NCBI GenBank assembly: GCA_951406725.2
Contig: OX597828.1
Coordinates: forward strand, 8,494,001 to 8,558,000
Source of the DNA: Octopus vulgaris
Lineage: Eukaryota
Direction of reading: 5' to 3'
DNA length: 64,000 nucleotides
Shown: one piece after another, positions 1 to 14,233 of the stretch
Layout of the letters: each line of letters opens with the position of its first letter
How positions within the stretch are numbered: the stretch's first letter is position 1
The notes under the pieces: generated by a model
The model's input: the letters and a program-made list of their open reading frames with translations, nothing else
The model's database searches: none
What the model was told of the DNA's origin: nothing
Translations under genes and position numbers: made by a program

Positions 1-607
1 CTCACTTTCCCTGGGCAGCATAAATACACTGGCAGTAGCTAATTCATGTTAAGCCAGGGCTACACTTAAATTGAAATAAAATTAAACAGGAAAAATATGT
101 TTCTCTAGCGGTAACTAATACTTAATGCCCTCAAAAACGGATGGGGTCACAATGCTGAAAGAAAGAAGGCTTCATCTATATAGTATAAATATATTTCGTT
201 GGAGTATTTTATGACGTACCCTACACCTGAAAGTCATTTCTTCTTATCTATACTTAATCTAAGTCTAACAAAAGTATTAAATTAATGACATAGTTTGTTA
301 ACTAGAGTAAAAAAATTAAAAAGTAGGAAAATAAATTCATGAAAGAACATTTCCATAAAAGTTGTGATGGGTAATATACCTCTACCATGGAAGCAGTTTT
401 AGATACAGAATTTTTTAATAGTAAAATAAGAACATATATTAATAGCATTATTTGAAAGTCTGTATCGTATTTTTTCCTATGAAATATAATTTTATTAAAT
501 TAAATTAAAAAACTTTTCATGAGAAATTCCAGTACTTTTTCAAAGAGCCGTAGAACTCACTCCAGAAAAGTATTAATTTACATTGCCGTTGTTTAATAAT
601 GGGGATC

Positions 608-1000
608 GTTTCAGTCATTAAACTACGGCCATGCTGGAGTACCGCCTTGAGGAATTTTAATCGAACTAATCGGTTCCAGTACTTATTTTCTTTTTAAATG
701 TGGTTCTTATTTTATCGGCGTCTTTTACCGAACCGCTACGTGACAAGGACATAAACACACCAGCACTTGTTGTCAAGAAGTGCTGAGAAATAAACATAGG
801 CATAAAGACACTCACACATACACGCACACACACATATATACAAGTTTCTTTCAATTTTTGTCAACCAAATCGACACATAATGCTTTAGTTTGCCTGAGGC
901 CAACTTACCGAGGGTACTATTTACCAAAGGTACCACCAGTGGGAGTGAACCTGGCACAATATGACTGAGAAACAAACTTCCTACCACGTAGCCACGCCTT
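608..1000 (-). mobile_element. tRNA-derived SINE, family A (internal CA/TA tract), diverged full-length copy
   Basis: Minus strand begins GGCGTGGCTACGTGG (A-box-like) and contains GGTTCACTCCC (B-box-like); aligns by eye with the copy at 35164-35580. Confidence 0.8.
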
Positions 1001-2279
1001 CGCTTACACAACCTCACCTGACGTGTATATTTTATTACAATATATATTATATTTCATAAAATCTGATTTTAAGGATTTCTTTAATTGCGTTAGACTTTAA
1101 AATCTGTTGATGCCTGATTTAGGTGATCAATACAATGTTCTTTATTATGCGGACCACAGAGAGAAGAAAGAAAAACCAAACTCAGTCGGATTTGAACGAA
1201 AAGTGGAGAAATCAGATTTTTTCAAACGTTTAATGTGATGTTCTACTGCCCCTGGTATTTTACCACCTTTGAAGTTAAGCATAATGCGACATGTAATAAT
1301 TCTTTTAAAAGTTTTCAAATTTCTTTTGTAAACCAATTAATGAATAGATTAATAAAAAGATTAATCAAAGCAGTGAAAAAATTTTCATACAAAAGAAAAA
1401 CAAAATGAATAAATAAAATATTAGCATGTAAATAATTTCCTTCAATAATTATATTTCTAATTAACTTTTAGTTACAGAAGATAGTTGTATTAATTAGCAA
1501 AATCACAGGCAATTTTCGAATGAAAGCAAAAAGAAAAGAAAAAGAAAAAAATAGGCCCGAGTAAGATACATTGTCGTTTATTTTTCACAAGTTATACATG
1601 GTGATGCAAAGAACTTTCTTCATATACTTAATAAAATAAAGTTAAAAGGGATGCATCAATAAAAACAAATTGGCAGCTAATTAAAGGATTATTTATAAGT
1701 AATTAACTTCAATGCAGAAATAATAGTTGTAAACATTCATTTTTCATAGATATCGTATGTTTGATATATTAGCTAAATCAGCGATTAATATTTTTCAGAC
1801 CTATTGACCGATTAATAGGCCAGACAACAAGATATGTGAGTTCGTGTCATGAAACTGGTATTTATTTGGTTATTCTGATTAATACTACTTACCTCAATAA
1901 AAGCATTCATTTGTAATTAAGAAAGATAAACAGTGCATATGAACCTTGATTCATTCTTTCTTTGAATATGAACACTGTAATACAAATAGTTGTGTGTCTA
2001 GTGTATTTGTAATAAAATGGTAATTTTGATAATTTCCAGTGCTTTCACTTTTTGAAATAAACACTATAGAATAATTTGCTTTGATTAAAACCAATTTTTA
2101 AAAAATTGTTCTCATTAATTTTTACCTTAGCAAGCAAAAGGGAAAACACCATACGTTGATAGACGTATATTCGTCGCGATGTCTAATGACGCATAAGCAC
2201 TTGAATTGATTTCCAAAGATGATGAACTAATGAACAGTATTTTCTGTCTAGAAAAGTTATAAGGTATTCCACTAGTTTC

Positions 2280-2440
2280 GAGGGTAAGCATTCAATTGTT
2301 CCAACAACTAAACTCCCTATTCAATGAATTGGCGTAGATATGACTGAGTATTTCACAGACGTGTGTATCACCAACATAATCCTGAAGAATAACCAGTGTC
2401 ACAGTCTATGACAAGGGTGGACATTTTGATTACAAATACA
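2280..2440 (-). mobile_element. Highly diverged fragment of SINE family D
   Basis: Patchy similarity to 8580-8735 (tcgaggg, gactgag, atgacaagg). Confidence 0.4.
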
Positions 2441-4841
2441 ATCCATCCGACGGTATTCCATTATGTTTTCGCATACCGTTTTCACTCGCAGAGGTCGAAT
2501 CGACCCAAACAGTAACAACGACAAGAACAGCAACAATAATTCATCACTTCCTTAGCAATTCCCCTGACTCTATAGATTAGATTAATGCCTGTGTCTCCGA
2601 TTCTCTGCATTGTTGGCCATTATTCTAACTAAATCGAGCTGGCCATTAAACGAAGACATTAGATTTATTTAAAGTTTTAAATTATTCTTCATGCTGTTAT
2701 TAAGGACACGAAAAGGACCTGCAGGTGTAAAACTATTGTGATGAATGTAAATGAATACTTCATTCAGTTTCAGCATTCAGATCATCAAAGGTTACTTTAA
2801 AACAGACATGTTTAAGATTTTCATCGGATATACTCCTATTGTAAATATTCATTATGCTAAATTATTACTTGTAAATAATAGAACCCAGCTATTTACTCTT
2901 TACGTTTTTGCAAAAACCCTTCTAATATACACTGTGATATTCAGAGTAGTAGAATCGTCATCTCGATATTTACAGTCACATTCCAGCCGTTGCCTGTTCC
3001 GGCTATATTCAAGTCTCTCATGTTCCTTAATTTTCACGGAATTTGAAACCGAACTCTATTTAATTCACGGTGGTAAATTGCTATCATTCTATTGAACATA
3101 TCAAAGACGTTTTAATATATTACTTATTCTATTACTTGTGATGTTGCAAGATAGCTACGCTTCAACTAAAATAAATGAAATTTAACTTAGCACAAATTAA
3201 ATTCAAGGCCACTAACATATCTTTGGATCAATGCTTATAGTCTGAATTCCATTCTGCCGCAGAAGAATAAGAGAATAAGAATTAGAAACTTCAAACCGAA
3301 CATTATTTAATTAATGACGTGGGTTTAAGCCTCGTTGTTAATCAAAGTTACCATACTGTATTCATCTACATTCTCGGTCTACTGAAGAGTTTATTAAAAC
3401 CTATAACATATGTTGATTATTTCAGTCTTCTAGTGTTGTTCTGTATCTATTGCTTTGGCTACATTTTGCAGTCATGACCGATTTTTGTAACTTTCCAAAG
3501 GCTTTACGATATTCATCAAAATTTCTTTTTAGCAAAATGTGTTCCCACCTTCATAATAACTGCCACATCTATACAGTACAGAACACATACAGTTTTGATT
3601 AATAATCTCTTCTGGTAGAAACCTTTTTCTGGATCGGTGTCCCCGACGTATAGGGTTTCTTTCGATGTTTTCATGTGGTATGGGCCAAATATATGGTACG
3701 GCCATTTAATTCAGTTTCTTATAGAGTTGTGTCACTAACGTATATATAATCTTCGTATTTGTACATATTCCTTTCTGTATATTGATTTTGCAGGTATATG
3801 AGTGACTCTGCTCAACAAAAACGGTTTCAGAGTACTAACACATGTCAATAGTTGTCTATCAAATATGAGAACATTGCTTCTTTTACCTCAATACCTATTT
3901 CCAGTTTCTATATATTAAGATTCTAGTGCAGCAACTTTCAAATTTATATTCTTTTATTTTGAGTTCTCTCCTTTGCTTCTTATTTATTTGCAAAATTATT
4001 GCTGAATAACATCAGTCTCTCTTCCATAGTGGTATAAGCGTAATGAATTTCAGTTACTCGCTCAACACACAAAATGTTTTAACACTTTATTCACTCTGCG
4101 ATAAAGTATGTTTCAAAGATACAGGATTTTGTCACAGCTAGGGTAACGTAAATAACAATAAACAAAAAGTACTCAAGAAGAAGACGGAAACAACAATGAT
4201 AAATTTCATCATTTATATATCAATTCTGATGAGAATATAGTGGAGAATAAATCCAGCATCTCTGTATCTCAGTATCCATAAATATAATTCTCTTTATTGC
4301 AGTCGATTGAAGAGAAGAGAGTTGAGTTATTCTAAAGGTTTGGGTTATTCATTCTGTTCATAACCTCACAAAAAACAATATGTAACTGTAAGAAATCTAA
4401 AATGAATATATAATGTTCGCGCTTCGTTTCCTTTAAAAATTCGAGTGTCAGAACAAAGACTAATGAATGTACATCTGAGCGAAAGTATGTGATGGTGCAA
4501 ATCTGTTGCGCTTTATGTTATGCGTGTGTCATACAACTATATACGATACAAAATGTGTCTATATAATGGTACATGAATGTTTGAAAAAATCAATCAAGAC
4601 ATCTTTAATGAAATTTAAAGACAGAAACTAAAGAATAGTAGGAAATAGAAGAAAGTCAAACAGATTAATATTAGCACACACACACAAACACACACACACA
4701 CACACACACGCATATACACACACACGCACGCACGAAGACACGTACACACGTACATATATTATGTGTATATGTGTGTGTATTTATATATGTATGCATAAAT
4801 ATATGTGGGTATATATACATACATACATACATACATACATA

Positions 4842-4890
<49 letters not shown>

Positions 4891-5199
4891 CGGCTACAGA
4901 TTCCTTTATATGACAGATGCAACATAAAAACTCGAAACGCCGGTCGTAATCGCCACATGAAAATAGCCGAAAAAGATAAAAAAAAATTAAAATAAAGAAG
5001 GAACAAATGTATTAGAAAGCTACTGCGTATATATACGTATATATACATATATATATATAAATTTTGACAGTTCTCGTTCGGTGTTGTAGCGTGCAGAATG
5101 TAAATTGAATTTGACATTAAAAAGTTATGATAAACCTATTTACAGCGATATGCAGTTCAGTGATAATAGAAATAAATATTAGTTAAATATAACTATGTT

Positions 5200-6120
5200 G
5201 TTTTTAGATGTAAAACACCTCAACAGACAGCTGAGAGAGCATCCAATGATTTCAAACGATGATCAGTAGGAGAGATATCAGGGGAATAGGAGAGATTTTG
5301 CAAAATCTCATAATTCAGGAGTTTTAAATTTTGGACGGTAGCTGGAGGAGTGGAAGGACGTGCATTGGGCCATCTCTATTCACTAGGCTGGGTTGTTTTA
5401 TTTTCAAATTCTCATGCATAAAATTAATTTCCTGGGAATACGATGTTGCTGTCATCGTTTTCCTTGTTGCAAAAATTAATAATGAATAACTGCCTTTGCA
5501 GACCACAATACAATAACCATTAACTTTTTAGGGTACAATGCTGGGTTTGGGTAGTATTTGGGTGACTCTCCTGCATCTAATCACCGTACTGTGCTCCAGC
5601 TGTTGTTAAAGAGTATCCATTTCTCTTACAAGTAATAATTTGATGCAAAAATAGATATTTTCCAGTCCTGAAAGTAACAAGGAGCACACTTCGAGGCCTC
5701 TGTTATTTTTTAAATCTCATTCAGTTGATGTGGAACAAACCTATCCGTTTTCTTGACTTTTCCAGTTTTTTACAGGTGTCCAAAAACAGTTGTGCGAGAT
5801 GTTTGGAGTTCTGAAGAGAGTTTTCGAACTATGTACTCGGGTTTTGTTCAATCAAAGTACTTAATCCATCATGCTGAATAACTGATTTTGACCTACACCT
5901 TTGTTTATTTTCAAGGCTATCATCTCGGGGATGAGAGCTTTGGAACCATCTCTGAACAGTTCTGATGTCAAGAAAACCATTGCCAAAGGCCCTCTTGATA
6001 TTCCGTAGAGGTTCTGCGGCAGAGTGACCCAGAATGTACTCATACGAGAAAATCACTGAACATAGTTTGGTTGTAATCATTTTCATAAGGTCTGTGGGTG
6101 CGATTTTGTATACCAATATT
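5200..6120 (-). mobile_element. Decayed mariner transposase
   Basis: ORF 5829-6116 resembles the mariner N-terminal HTH (YEYILGHSAAE...RTVQRWF); PYSPDISPTD (YSPDLAP motif) near 5260-5290; multiple frameshifts. Confidence 0.85.
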
Positions 6121-6398
6121 GTTCTGAAAGAAAAAGTGACAAGATTAAATGCAAGATATACATAATTGAGTTTTTAACTGACTGAAATAACAAGTAATTA
6201 AAAATGCGACATTTGATGTGCAAAAACCTAATATTTGTGCAGCGAGAGATACTCTGTATGAATGTGCATATATGTGTGCTTTTATACATAAAAATACAAA
6301 CACACACCTATGCATAGATGCACACATATATAAACACACACACAAACACACACACACACCGACACACACACACAGGCACACACACACGCACACACACA

Positions 6399-6440
<42 letters not shown>

Positions 6441-6806
6441 CACATATAAACATGAATATGTACATATATACATGCCTCGTGCGGTGTTATTTGTGTTTTG
6501 CTATTTAAATACTTAACGATAAATTAAAAAAATACAAACTTCTAGGTTCAGTGCTGTAAATCTTCAGAGAAGTTATTTCTACACACAATTTGTATATATT
6601 ACACTTAACTAATAAAAACGGCGAAAAGCTACGGACGCTGACATTCCTGGAAAGCAGAGAAGGTAATATTAAATAATTCTTTGAATCTCAATGCAGATTT
6701 TGTGGAAAATTGAGTCATTTCGGAACTACCATCATATCCCCCAACTTCACTATTTTTTGTATCGTTATATTTACATAGGTGTGTGCCAGGAAGAATTTTT
6801 TACTTT

Positions 6807-6855
<49 letters not shown>

Positions 6856-7296
6856 CTCTGCTGCAATGAGGAGAAAAAATTATAACACGACAGAAAAGAA
6901 AAAAGGTAAAAGATATTTGCGTCTTATTTCTTCCAATATCTTCCTCCAATTTTCTCTAACTGTAATAAATAAACATGGATCTTTTTATAACTCTTTCGTA
7001 AATTTATTTATTTTTTAGAGTAGTAGGGCTGAGACCATATATTTTAATGGCTTTTTCTCAGTTGGAAAAAAGAATTTTTCTCCCCCGTTTACTTTTCGTC
7101 ATCTTTCCCATTTCTTTAAATATATTTTCTGATTTATTTTTACCTTACTCTTGCCACTTTTAACTATAGCTGGGAGATGAGTGTGCTCGTGAAGGATTTC
7201 TAAGTATGACCAGTTTTGCATAATATTTTGAATTGCAATTTAGATTATTTACACTACAGTGACGTATATGTTATATATACACACACACACACACAG

Positions 7297-7330
<34 letters not shown>

Positions 7331-7553
7331 ATATATATATATATGTATATATATATGTACATGTTTATATGTGTGTGTGTGTGTGTGTGTGACGCATATG
7401 TTACACACACTCCTATAAATATATGTGAATGTATACATATAAACGTTACCTTTATATGCAAATATAAAGCATATATATGCATATATGTGCATATATATCC
7501 ATATACACATGTATATATATATACACATACATATACATATACATATATATATG

Positions 7554-7598
<45 letters not shown>

Positions 7599-8284
7599 AC
7601 ATGTTTATGTGTGTATATATGAACTTTTGTATATATTTGTATGTCAATGGATGTGAGTGAGAATATTTGCAAATGCACACTTTTAGAGAGAGGTACTCAG
7701 ATTAAACACGCTGAAAAATACGCAACCAATAGATAGAAATAAGGAGGTGGGGAGGAGAGGACGAGAGACTGTAGGAATGAGAGTGAAGGAGTCTGTGAGG
7801 GAGGAGAAAGAACGACGGGAGAAATATACGGAAAATAAGAAGGACATGTTTTTAAGGTGAGATATTTTTCCGTATATAATTTTAGAAGCATAATCGGAAA
7901 GCACGGTTCCTTGGAACCATCCTGTGTTAATGTAGGAAGATATACTTCTTATGGAATATATTTGTTTTAGATGTTTTGTAATAATATTGCAGAAAACTGT
8001 AAATAATATTTCCAAACTATAGGTTTGAGAGCTCTAATGACGTAAATACTAAAACGTTTTACGAATCTCAGCATTTAATATACGATGTTCACCAATAGCA
8101 ATGCAGAAAGAAAAGCAACGTACAAATTCTATCAACGTACAGTAATCTATGTTTTGAAGAACATCGGCCACATTAAACTTCTTATGACGAGAAATAGAAG
8201 TGCGAAGACCCTACGACCAAGTATTTCGTTATAAATGAATAGTAGAAATATTCATAATAATAATGATAATAATAATAATAATAA

Positions 8285-8395
8285 TAAATGCCCTGATGCA
8301 GTATCAGGCAGTGGCTCTCGTAGATTCTGATCTCAACTGATTGGAAGTGTTATCATGTACATTGCTTTGTCTTGGTATAAAAGATGGGCTACTGT
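8285..8395 (+). mobile_element. Short repeat fragment following (AAT)n, probably LINE 3' UTR
   Basis: GC-richer island starting directly after an (AAT)n array; family assignment is from recall only. Confidence 0.35.
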
Positions 8396-8427
8396 CTGGA
8401 TGTTTTGCGTTCTTGTCTCATTTTGTG

Positions 8428-8560
<133 letters not shown>

Positions 8561-8562
8561 AA

Positions 8563-8828
8563 CTCCGTCGGTTACGACGTCGAGGGTCCCAGCTAATACG
8601 ATCAACGGAACAGCTTGCTCGTGAAATTAACGTGCACGTGACTGAGCACTCCAGCGACACATATACCCTTAACGTAGTTCTCAGGGAGATTCAGTGTGAC
8701 ACAGAGGATGACAAGGCTGGCCTCTGAAATACAGGTACTACTCATTTTTGCCAGCTGAGTGGACTGGAGCAACGTGAAATAAAGTGCCTTGCTCAAGAAC
8801 ACAATGCGTAGCCGAGAAGTGAACTCAC
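8563..8828 (-). mobile_element. SINE family D (CORE-like), 5'-truncated copy
   Basis: Reverse complement of 8860-9134; contains cttgagcaaggcacttt...ctccagtccactcagctg, which resembles a CORE-SINE core. Confidence 0.8.
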
Positions 8829-8829
8829 G

Positions 8830-9134
8830 TGTGGCTTAGTGGTTAGTGCATTCGGCTAACGATCGTAAGGTCGTGCGTTCAAAATCCGGCGATGCATTGT
8901 TTCCTTGAGCAAGATGCTTTTTTCACGTTGCCCCAGTCCACTTAACTGGCAAAATGAATAGTACGTGTACTCAAATGGCCAGCCTTGTCACACTCTGTAT
9001 CACGCTGAATCTCCCTGACAACTACGTGAAGAATACACGTGTTTATGGAGTTCTCAGCCACTTGCACGTTAGTTTCTCGAGAAAGTCGTTCCGTTGATCG
9101 TGTCAGCTGGGATCCACATCATCGTAGACGACGA
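8830..9134 (+). mobile_element. SINE family D (tRNA head plus CORE-like body)
   Basis: A box TGGCTTAGTGG and B-box-like GTTCAAAATCC, followed by ccttgagcaagatgc. Confidence 0.85.
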
Positions 9135-9139
9135 TTTTG

Positions 9140-9555
9140 TATGGACTGATTTATATGATGTCAAGAGCAGGAAAATTAACTCTCCAATTTTCTCACGAGC
9201 TTGAGACAACTTCTGAATGACATATAAAGGAATTTTCTGTTCTAAATATAGTGGAAACTAACAGTCTTGGAAGTTAGACTGAAGCTGATGACGGGGTGGG
9301 CTGTTTAAAATTGAATTCATCAACTGTGGGTGTAGGATTTGAATGCAACACGTTTGAATTTCACGTCTTGGAAACATTCCAGGATATTGGTTAAATCGCA
9401 AGATAGAGAAATGGAGAGGAGAGAGAGAGAGGGGAAGGAGAGAGATGGGAGGGTAAGAGAGATAGACAGAGAGAGAGAGAGAGAATGTGGTTTAGGCCGG
9501 ATTGCGGTGAGTATATTTTAAAATGTAGTGACCTTGTACCTTTACGTTGGAACTA
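9140..9555 (+). repeat. Copy 1 of a ~430 bp dispersed direct repeat
   Basis: Colinear with 11993-12428 (gaagctgatgacggg, gaattcatcaac, ggtgagtatattttaaaatgtagtg). Confidence 0.85.
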
Positions 9556-9673
9556 TATATATATTTAGCTCCAACATAACGGCACTACATTTTAAAATAT
9601 ACTCACCGCAATCCAGTCTACTCCACTTTCTTTGTCTCTCTCTATATGTAATATGTATGTATATATATATATG

Positions 9674-10130
9674 TAGGAAATATTAAATTTCTAAATATCT
9701 CATAGAGATATGTACGGTGGTGGGGCGATAGAATGGTTGTATTCTGTCAATTTAACGTGACAGTAGGGGATTACACAACCACTGTTTAGCCCGTACATAT
9801 CTCTATGAGATATTTAGAAATTTAATATTTCTGATTTTGGTAATCAGTGAATAAACTTCACTGAAAATTAGATATATATATTTACAAAATCGAGACAGGT
9901 ATCTGAAGTTGGCGGGCTTCTGCTACTCTAGACCGATGATGGACAAAGATCCTGAAACATGCGTGTCTCTAGATGCAGGCCTGGCTGCTGGGAGTATTTG
10001 TCTCCCTTTCGTAAATATATAAGGACACAGGAAAAAATATGTCGAAGCCATCAGGAAGCGTCGATGTTTCCTAGGGCTAAACACCGGTGGTGTAATCCCC
10101 TACTGTCACGTTAAATTGACAGTATACAAC

Positions 10131-10138
<8 letters not shown>
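9674..10138 (+). mobile_element. Non-autonomous PLE-like (pLTR) element with nested inverted repeats, inserted in (TA)n
   Basis: Perfect 41 bp IR 9677-9717/9791-9831; IR 9729-9792/10074-10138; internal HHR motif. Confidence 0.6.
9927..9973 (+). ncRNA. Type I hammerhead-like motif (U4C variant)
   Basis: TCTAGA-CCGATGA-T-GGA caaaga TCC-T-GAAA-CA tgcg TG-TC-TCTAGA; all three stems pair; GUC cleavage triplet. Confidence 0.7.
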
Positions 10139-10211
<73 letters not shown>

Positions 10212-10269
10212 ACGTGTGTTTGGGTATGTAAATATGTATATATGGATATGTGAGGACATGTGTGTGTGT

Positions 10270-10490
10270 GTGTGTCCTTGTTTGAGTGTTTGGCTCTCAA
10301 CACCACCGCTTGCCCTTTGCTTTTGGTGTGTTTGCTTGTTCGTGACATAGAGGTTTGGAAAAATGATACCGATAGAATAAGTAATTACCTTTAAAATTAG
10401 AAGTCCTGGTGATGATTCATTTCACTAAAAAACTCCTCAAGGCCTCACCTCAGCATGATCGTGGTCTAATGACTAAACCAAGTAAAAGAT
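10270..10490 (+). mobile_element. SINE family A, 3' half
   Basis: accgatagaataagta and cagcatga..gtctaatgact motifs shared with 35400-35580. Confidence 0.65.
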
Positions 10491-11992
10491 AAAATAATCT
10501 ATAACAGATGTACATGCATGAGTTCTTTAAGCTTACCTGTTTTAACTACGATGCACTGAAGCGGACTATTGGAACTGAAATATATTCGTCGTTCTATCCA
10601 TACCGTCTCACGATGAAATGTGATTTATGACTTATCACAAGAAGTATCGTAACCTACACTTAACTGTATGCTTCTCATGCAGAATTTACCCATGGGAAAT
10701 GTTTTTTTAGTCATAGTAAGTAGGATAACATTTAGCTTAGTAAACGAAATTTCGACCCCAACAAAATACTTATTTATTCACAGACAATAGATAGAATTGG
10801 GACATAAATGTTCTCTAACTGTCATGTAAATTAGAAGACTGTGGAATCATCCACAAGCCATGATACTTTTTATAATTTTGAACAAAAAGAATGATATTCT
10901 GGCGTCTTGAGTAATAATATTTAACTGAATTTGCTGCGTCGTACGTGCAAATATGGTTTATTATTTATGTGTTCATTAGTGATAATTTATTACAAGCGTT
11001 TCCTCTGTGAATATTTTGACTTTAATATATTTATCAAATCATTTTGAAGGAAGTTAAACGCTAAAATATTTGCAATATAGTCTGTACCGTTGTTATATAA
11101 TATATAGAAAAAATTTTGTTCTGTCGTGTGCTTGCTTTAGACAGATGCACTAAAAATTTGCTTCAACGGAATAATTACTCTTGAGAATAAGCTAATATCC
11201 TTCAAATGCATAATTGGAATAGCTTTCTTTTTTTTCATTTACAATTTACAATTATTGCTTATGTAGTTTTTCAAACTAACGTACACATGTCTGCTTTGAT
11301 AGCATAAAGTCATTGAAACAAAATGTCAAACGAATAGTTTCTAAAATTCCACTTGTTCTAATGAATTTTATGGATCAACGTTCGGAGTGAGTGAGATTAT
11401 AATTAATATTCCACTCTCTTTTTTTCTGTGTGTGTGTGTGTGTGCGCGCCTGCGTGTGTATGTATGTATGTAATTGTATTGTTGGGATGAACAAACCTGG
11501 GAAGGTTATAGCAACAAACTTTATAATTGTTTTGGATCACGATTTCGGTCAATATGTAAATCTCATTTGTAAGTACTTAATAATATATGTCCCTAAAAGG
11601 AGCAGTCATCTTTTATTTATTACAAATTATTTTCAAACCTTCTCTTTCGGATGTTATCAATACAATCTAGGTTCGATTTCTGTGCTTTCAGATCAGTATT
11701 TGCAAGATAAGAGGCTGATGGGAAGATATTCCAGAGTGCACAGCTCTGAGAGCAACTAAGTCGGAAATCTTGGAAGAAGTAATGGGTTAGAAGGACAGCC
11801 CGGTAAGTATGATGGAAGTCAAAAAATATGGTGTGTTATGGATTCATTACGTTAACACACAAAGAAAGACATCGGGAAACATAACCATGCAATAGAATAA
11901 ACCAGAAACGATGGGATGTGGTTCAGAGTGAGACTTATGAAATGATAAAAGGATTTCGAAGAAAAATTCTGACCGAACTGATATGCAAGATT

Positions 11993-12428
11993 TCATGGAC
12001 TATTATATATGATGCACAGTGCGGGAAAATTATCTCTCGAATTTTCTCACAAGCGAGACACACATGATGAATGACATATGAAGGAAAATTCTGTTGTAAC
12101 TTTAGTTTAAACTAACAGTCCTGTTGGAAGTGAGACTGAAGCTGATGACGGGGTTAGCTGTTTAAAATTGAATTCATCAACAGTAGGATTTGAATGCGAC
12201 AAGTTTGAGTTTCACGTTTTGGAAACGTTCCAGGTTATTGGTTAAATTGCAAGATAGTGAAAATAAGATAAGAATAGAGAGAGAGAGAGAGATTGAGAGA
12301 GAAAGAGTGAGAGAAAGAGAAAGATAGAGGCGAGAGAAAAAGCGAGAGAGAGAGAGACAGAGAGAATGTGAGGTAAACTGGATTGAGGTGAGTATATTTT
12401 AAAATGTAGTGCCATTATGTTGGAACTA
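11993..12428 (+). repeat. Copy 2 of the ~430 bp dispersed direct repeat
   Basis: Colinear with 9140-9555. Confidence 0.85.
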
Positions 12429-13976
12429 TTTGTTGTGAAAATACACTTATCATGTGAAGACATCTTAAAAATAGTTTCACTCTATATATCATTGTTCTAA
12501 CAATATGTGCTGAAAGTAAGATATCAACTTCGCAGATTTATTTATAAGCTGTTCCAAAATTCATTGAAATATCAGTATCTCACTTGCTCTGAAGTATTTT
12601 AAATTATGCTTATTACTAAAACAGAATTTGCGCTTGTTGTGAGCATAGTATAATAAATATATACCATAAGCTTACTGCATTGTTTACTGGCTGGAGTTCA
12701 GTTTAGTTAACGATTACTTCATAGGTGATCAATTCTAGATGTATTCACCTTGTCATAGGTGAGCATAAAACAACAAAACAATTCCAGTATTTGGTCTCTC
12801 ATTTTAGTTTGAAATTTTCCTTCTCATTTTCAAAATTGGTTTCAGGCGTAGCTGAGAGCATGCAAAATTATATCTATCGTACCGAGAAACTAGTTGTAGA
12901 TTAGTATGGATATGTTTAGGAAGGACTTTTTTTGCAGCTATGAAGAACGATCCAAAATTGAAAAACACAGTTGACCAAATATATCGGTGCAAATTCCTGG
13001 TTAAGGTTATTTCTAAACGCGTTCTAACGAAGGCATATCAATATTTTAATATACCCATCTGAATGTTTAAATAGGCAGCAACAAAGTGGAATAAAAAACG
13101 GAAATTAGTGAAAAAAAACGAACATTTATTTTCAAGCCAACGCAGAAACATCACTCACGTTTTATTTTTGATATGAAAGAAAGAAAAAGTCAAAAATATT
13201 AATGGTGGCGAAATGGCTTGAACAAATCCGTAAGATAACAGCATTTCAGTTTGCCGATTGCGATTAACACGCACAACAAAAACAAATAGCAATTTGTTAG
13301 TTTCTTGTGTAAAGAATAAGCTCTTAATGACACGCTAACGCCTCTCCCAACGCTTTCCCTTTGATTCTGTGTTTCCTTCATTTTAATCACAAACGTCAGA
13401 GATTGCACGCATACAAGTCCACAGTTAATAAAGAATCTCACACGATTTTTCTTAACCAAGTTACTCTGATTCCGTCCACTTTGCAGATTAATAGTTCAAA
13501 TGCTTAGATAATCTACCGAGGTTTTCATGCTATTTTTTTCCAACCATTTCTCTTGACATTCAATTTATATAAACATCAGCTTGATGCAAATGTTTGTCCT
13601 ACTTAGCGAAGGGTTAATAACACATAAGACGGCCGTCCAGCAAAAGATGACGACAAGCAAAAATAATGGACGTATTTGTGTTAGAATTTCATTGCTATCT
13701 TATGTATTAAGCGTGTGCGTCTGCGAGAATATTAGCATTTATTTACTTATCTTTCTCTAGATAGACAGATAGACAAGTGTGTATGTATAAATGTGTTTGG
13801 GTGTGTGTGTATGTCTGTGAGTATGTGTGTATACATATATATACACATACATATATATACATATACATATATATGTATATGAATATATACATATATAGAC
13901 ATATGTGAGTATATATACATATATATGTATATATTTACATACACACACATATATATATATGTATATGTATAAATAT

Positions 13977-14019
<43 letters not shown>

Positions 14020-14141
14020 CATGTACGTATGTACATTCATATAGGTTTGAATTGATACCTATGTATCTACATGTATGCATATATTGATGTAACAAGTATC
14101 TATATATGAATATATATACATATATATAGCATGATAAAAGT

Positions 14142-14189
<48 letters not shown>

Positions 14190-14194
14190 GATAA

Positions 14195-14233
<39 letters not shown>

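Noticed and set aside
2751-3095. 114 aa ATG-initiated ORF
   Set aside because: Composition typical of AT-rich non-coding DNA; no recognisable motif
3480-3900. Possible old LINE remnant on the minus strand
   Set aside because: Too degenerate to assign without a profile search
4905-4949. HHR-like 3' half GAAAC-gccg-GTC (also GAAACGTC at ~61264 and gtcGAAAC at ~60876)
   Set aside because: No recognisable CUGANGA half, so not counted
9285-9310. CTGATGA in the 430 bp repeat (also 4227, 12141, 48111)
   Set aside because: No correctly placed GAAA and stems
11692-11802. Apparent 111 bp exon (tttcag acceptor, CCG|GTAAGT donor)
   Set aside because: Stops in all three frames and no transcript evidence; at most non-coding
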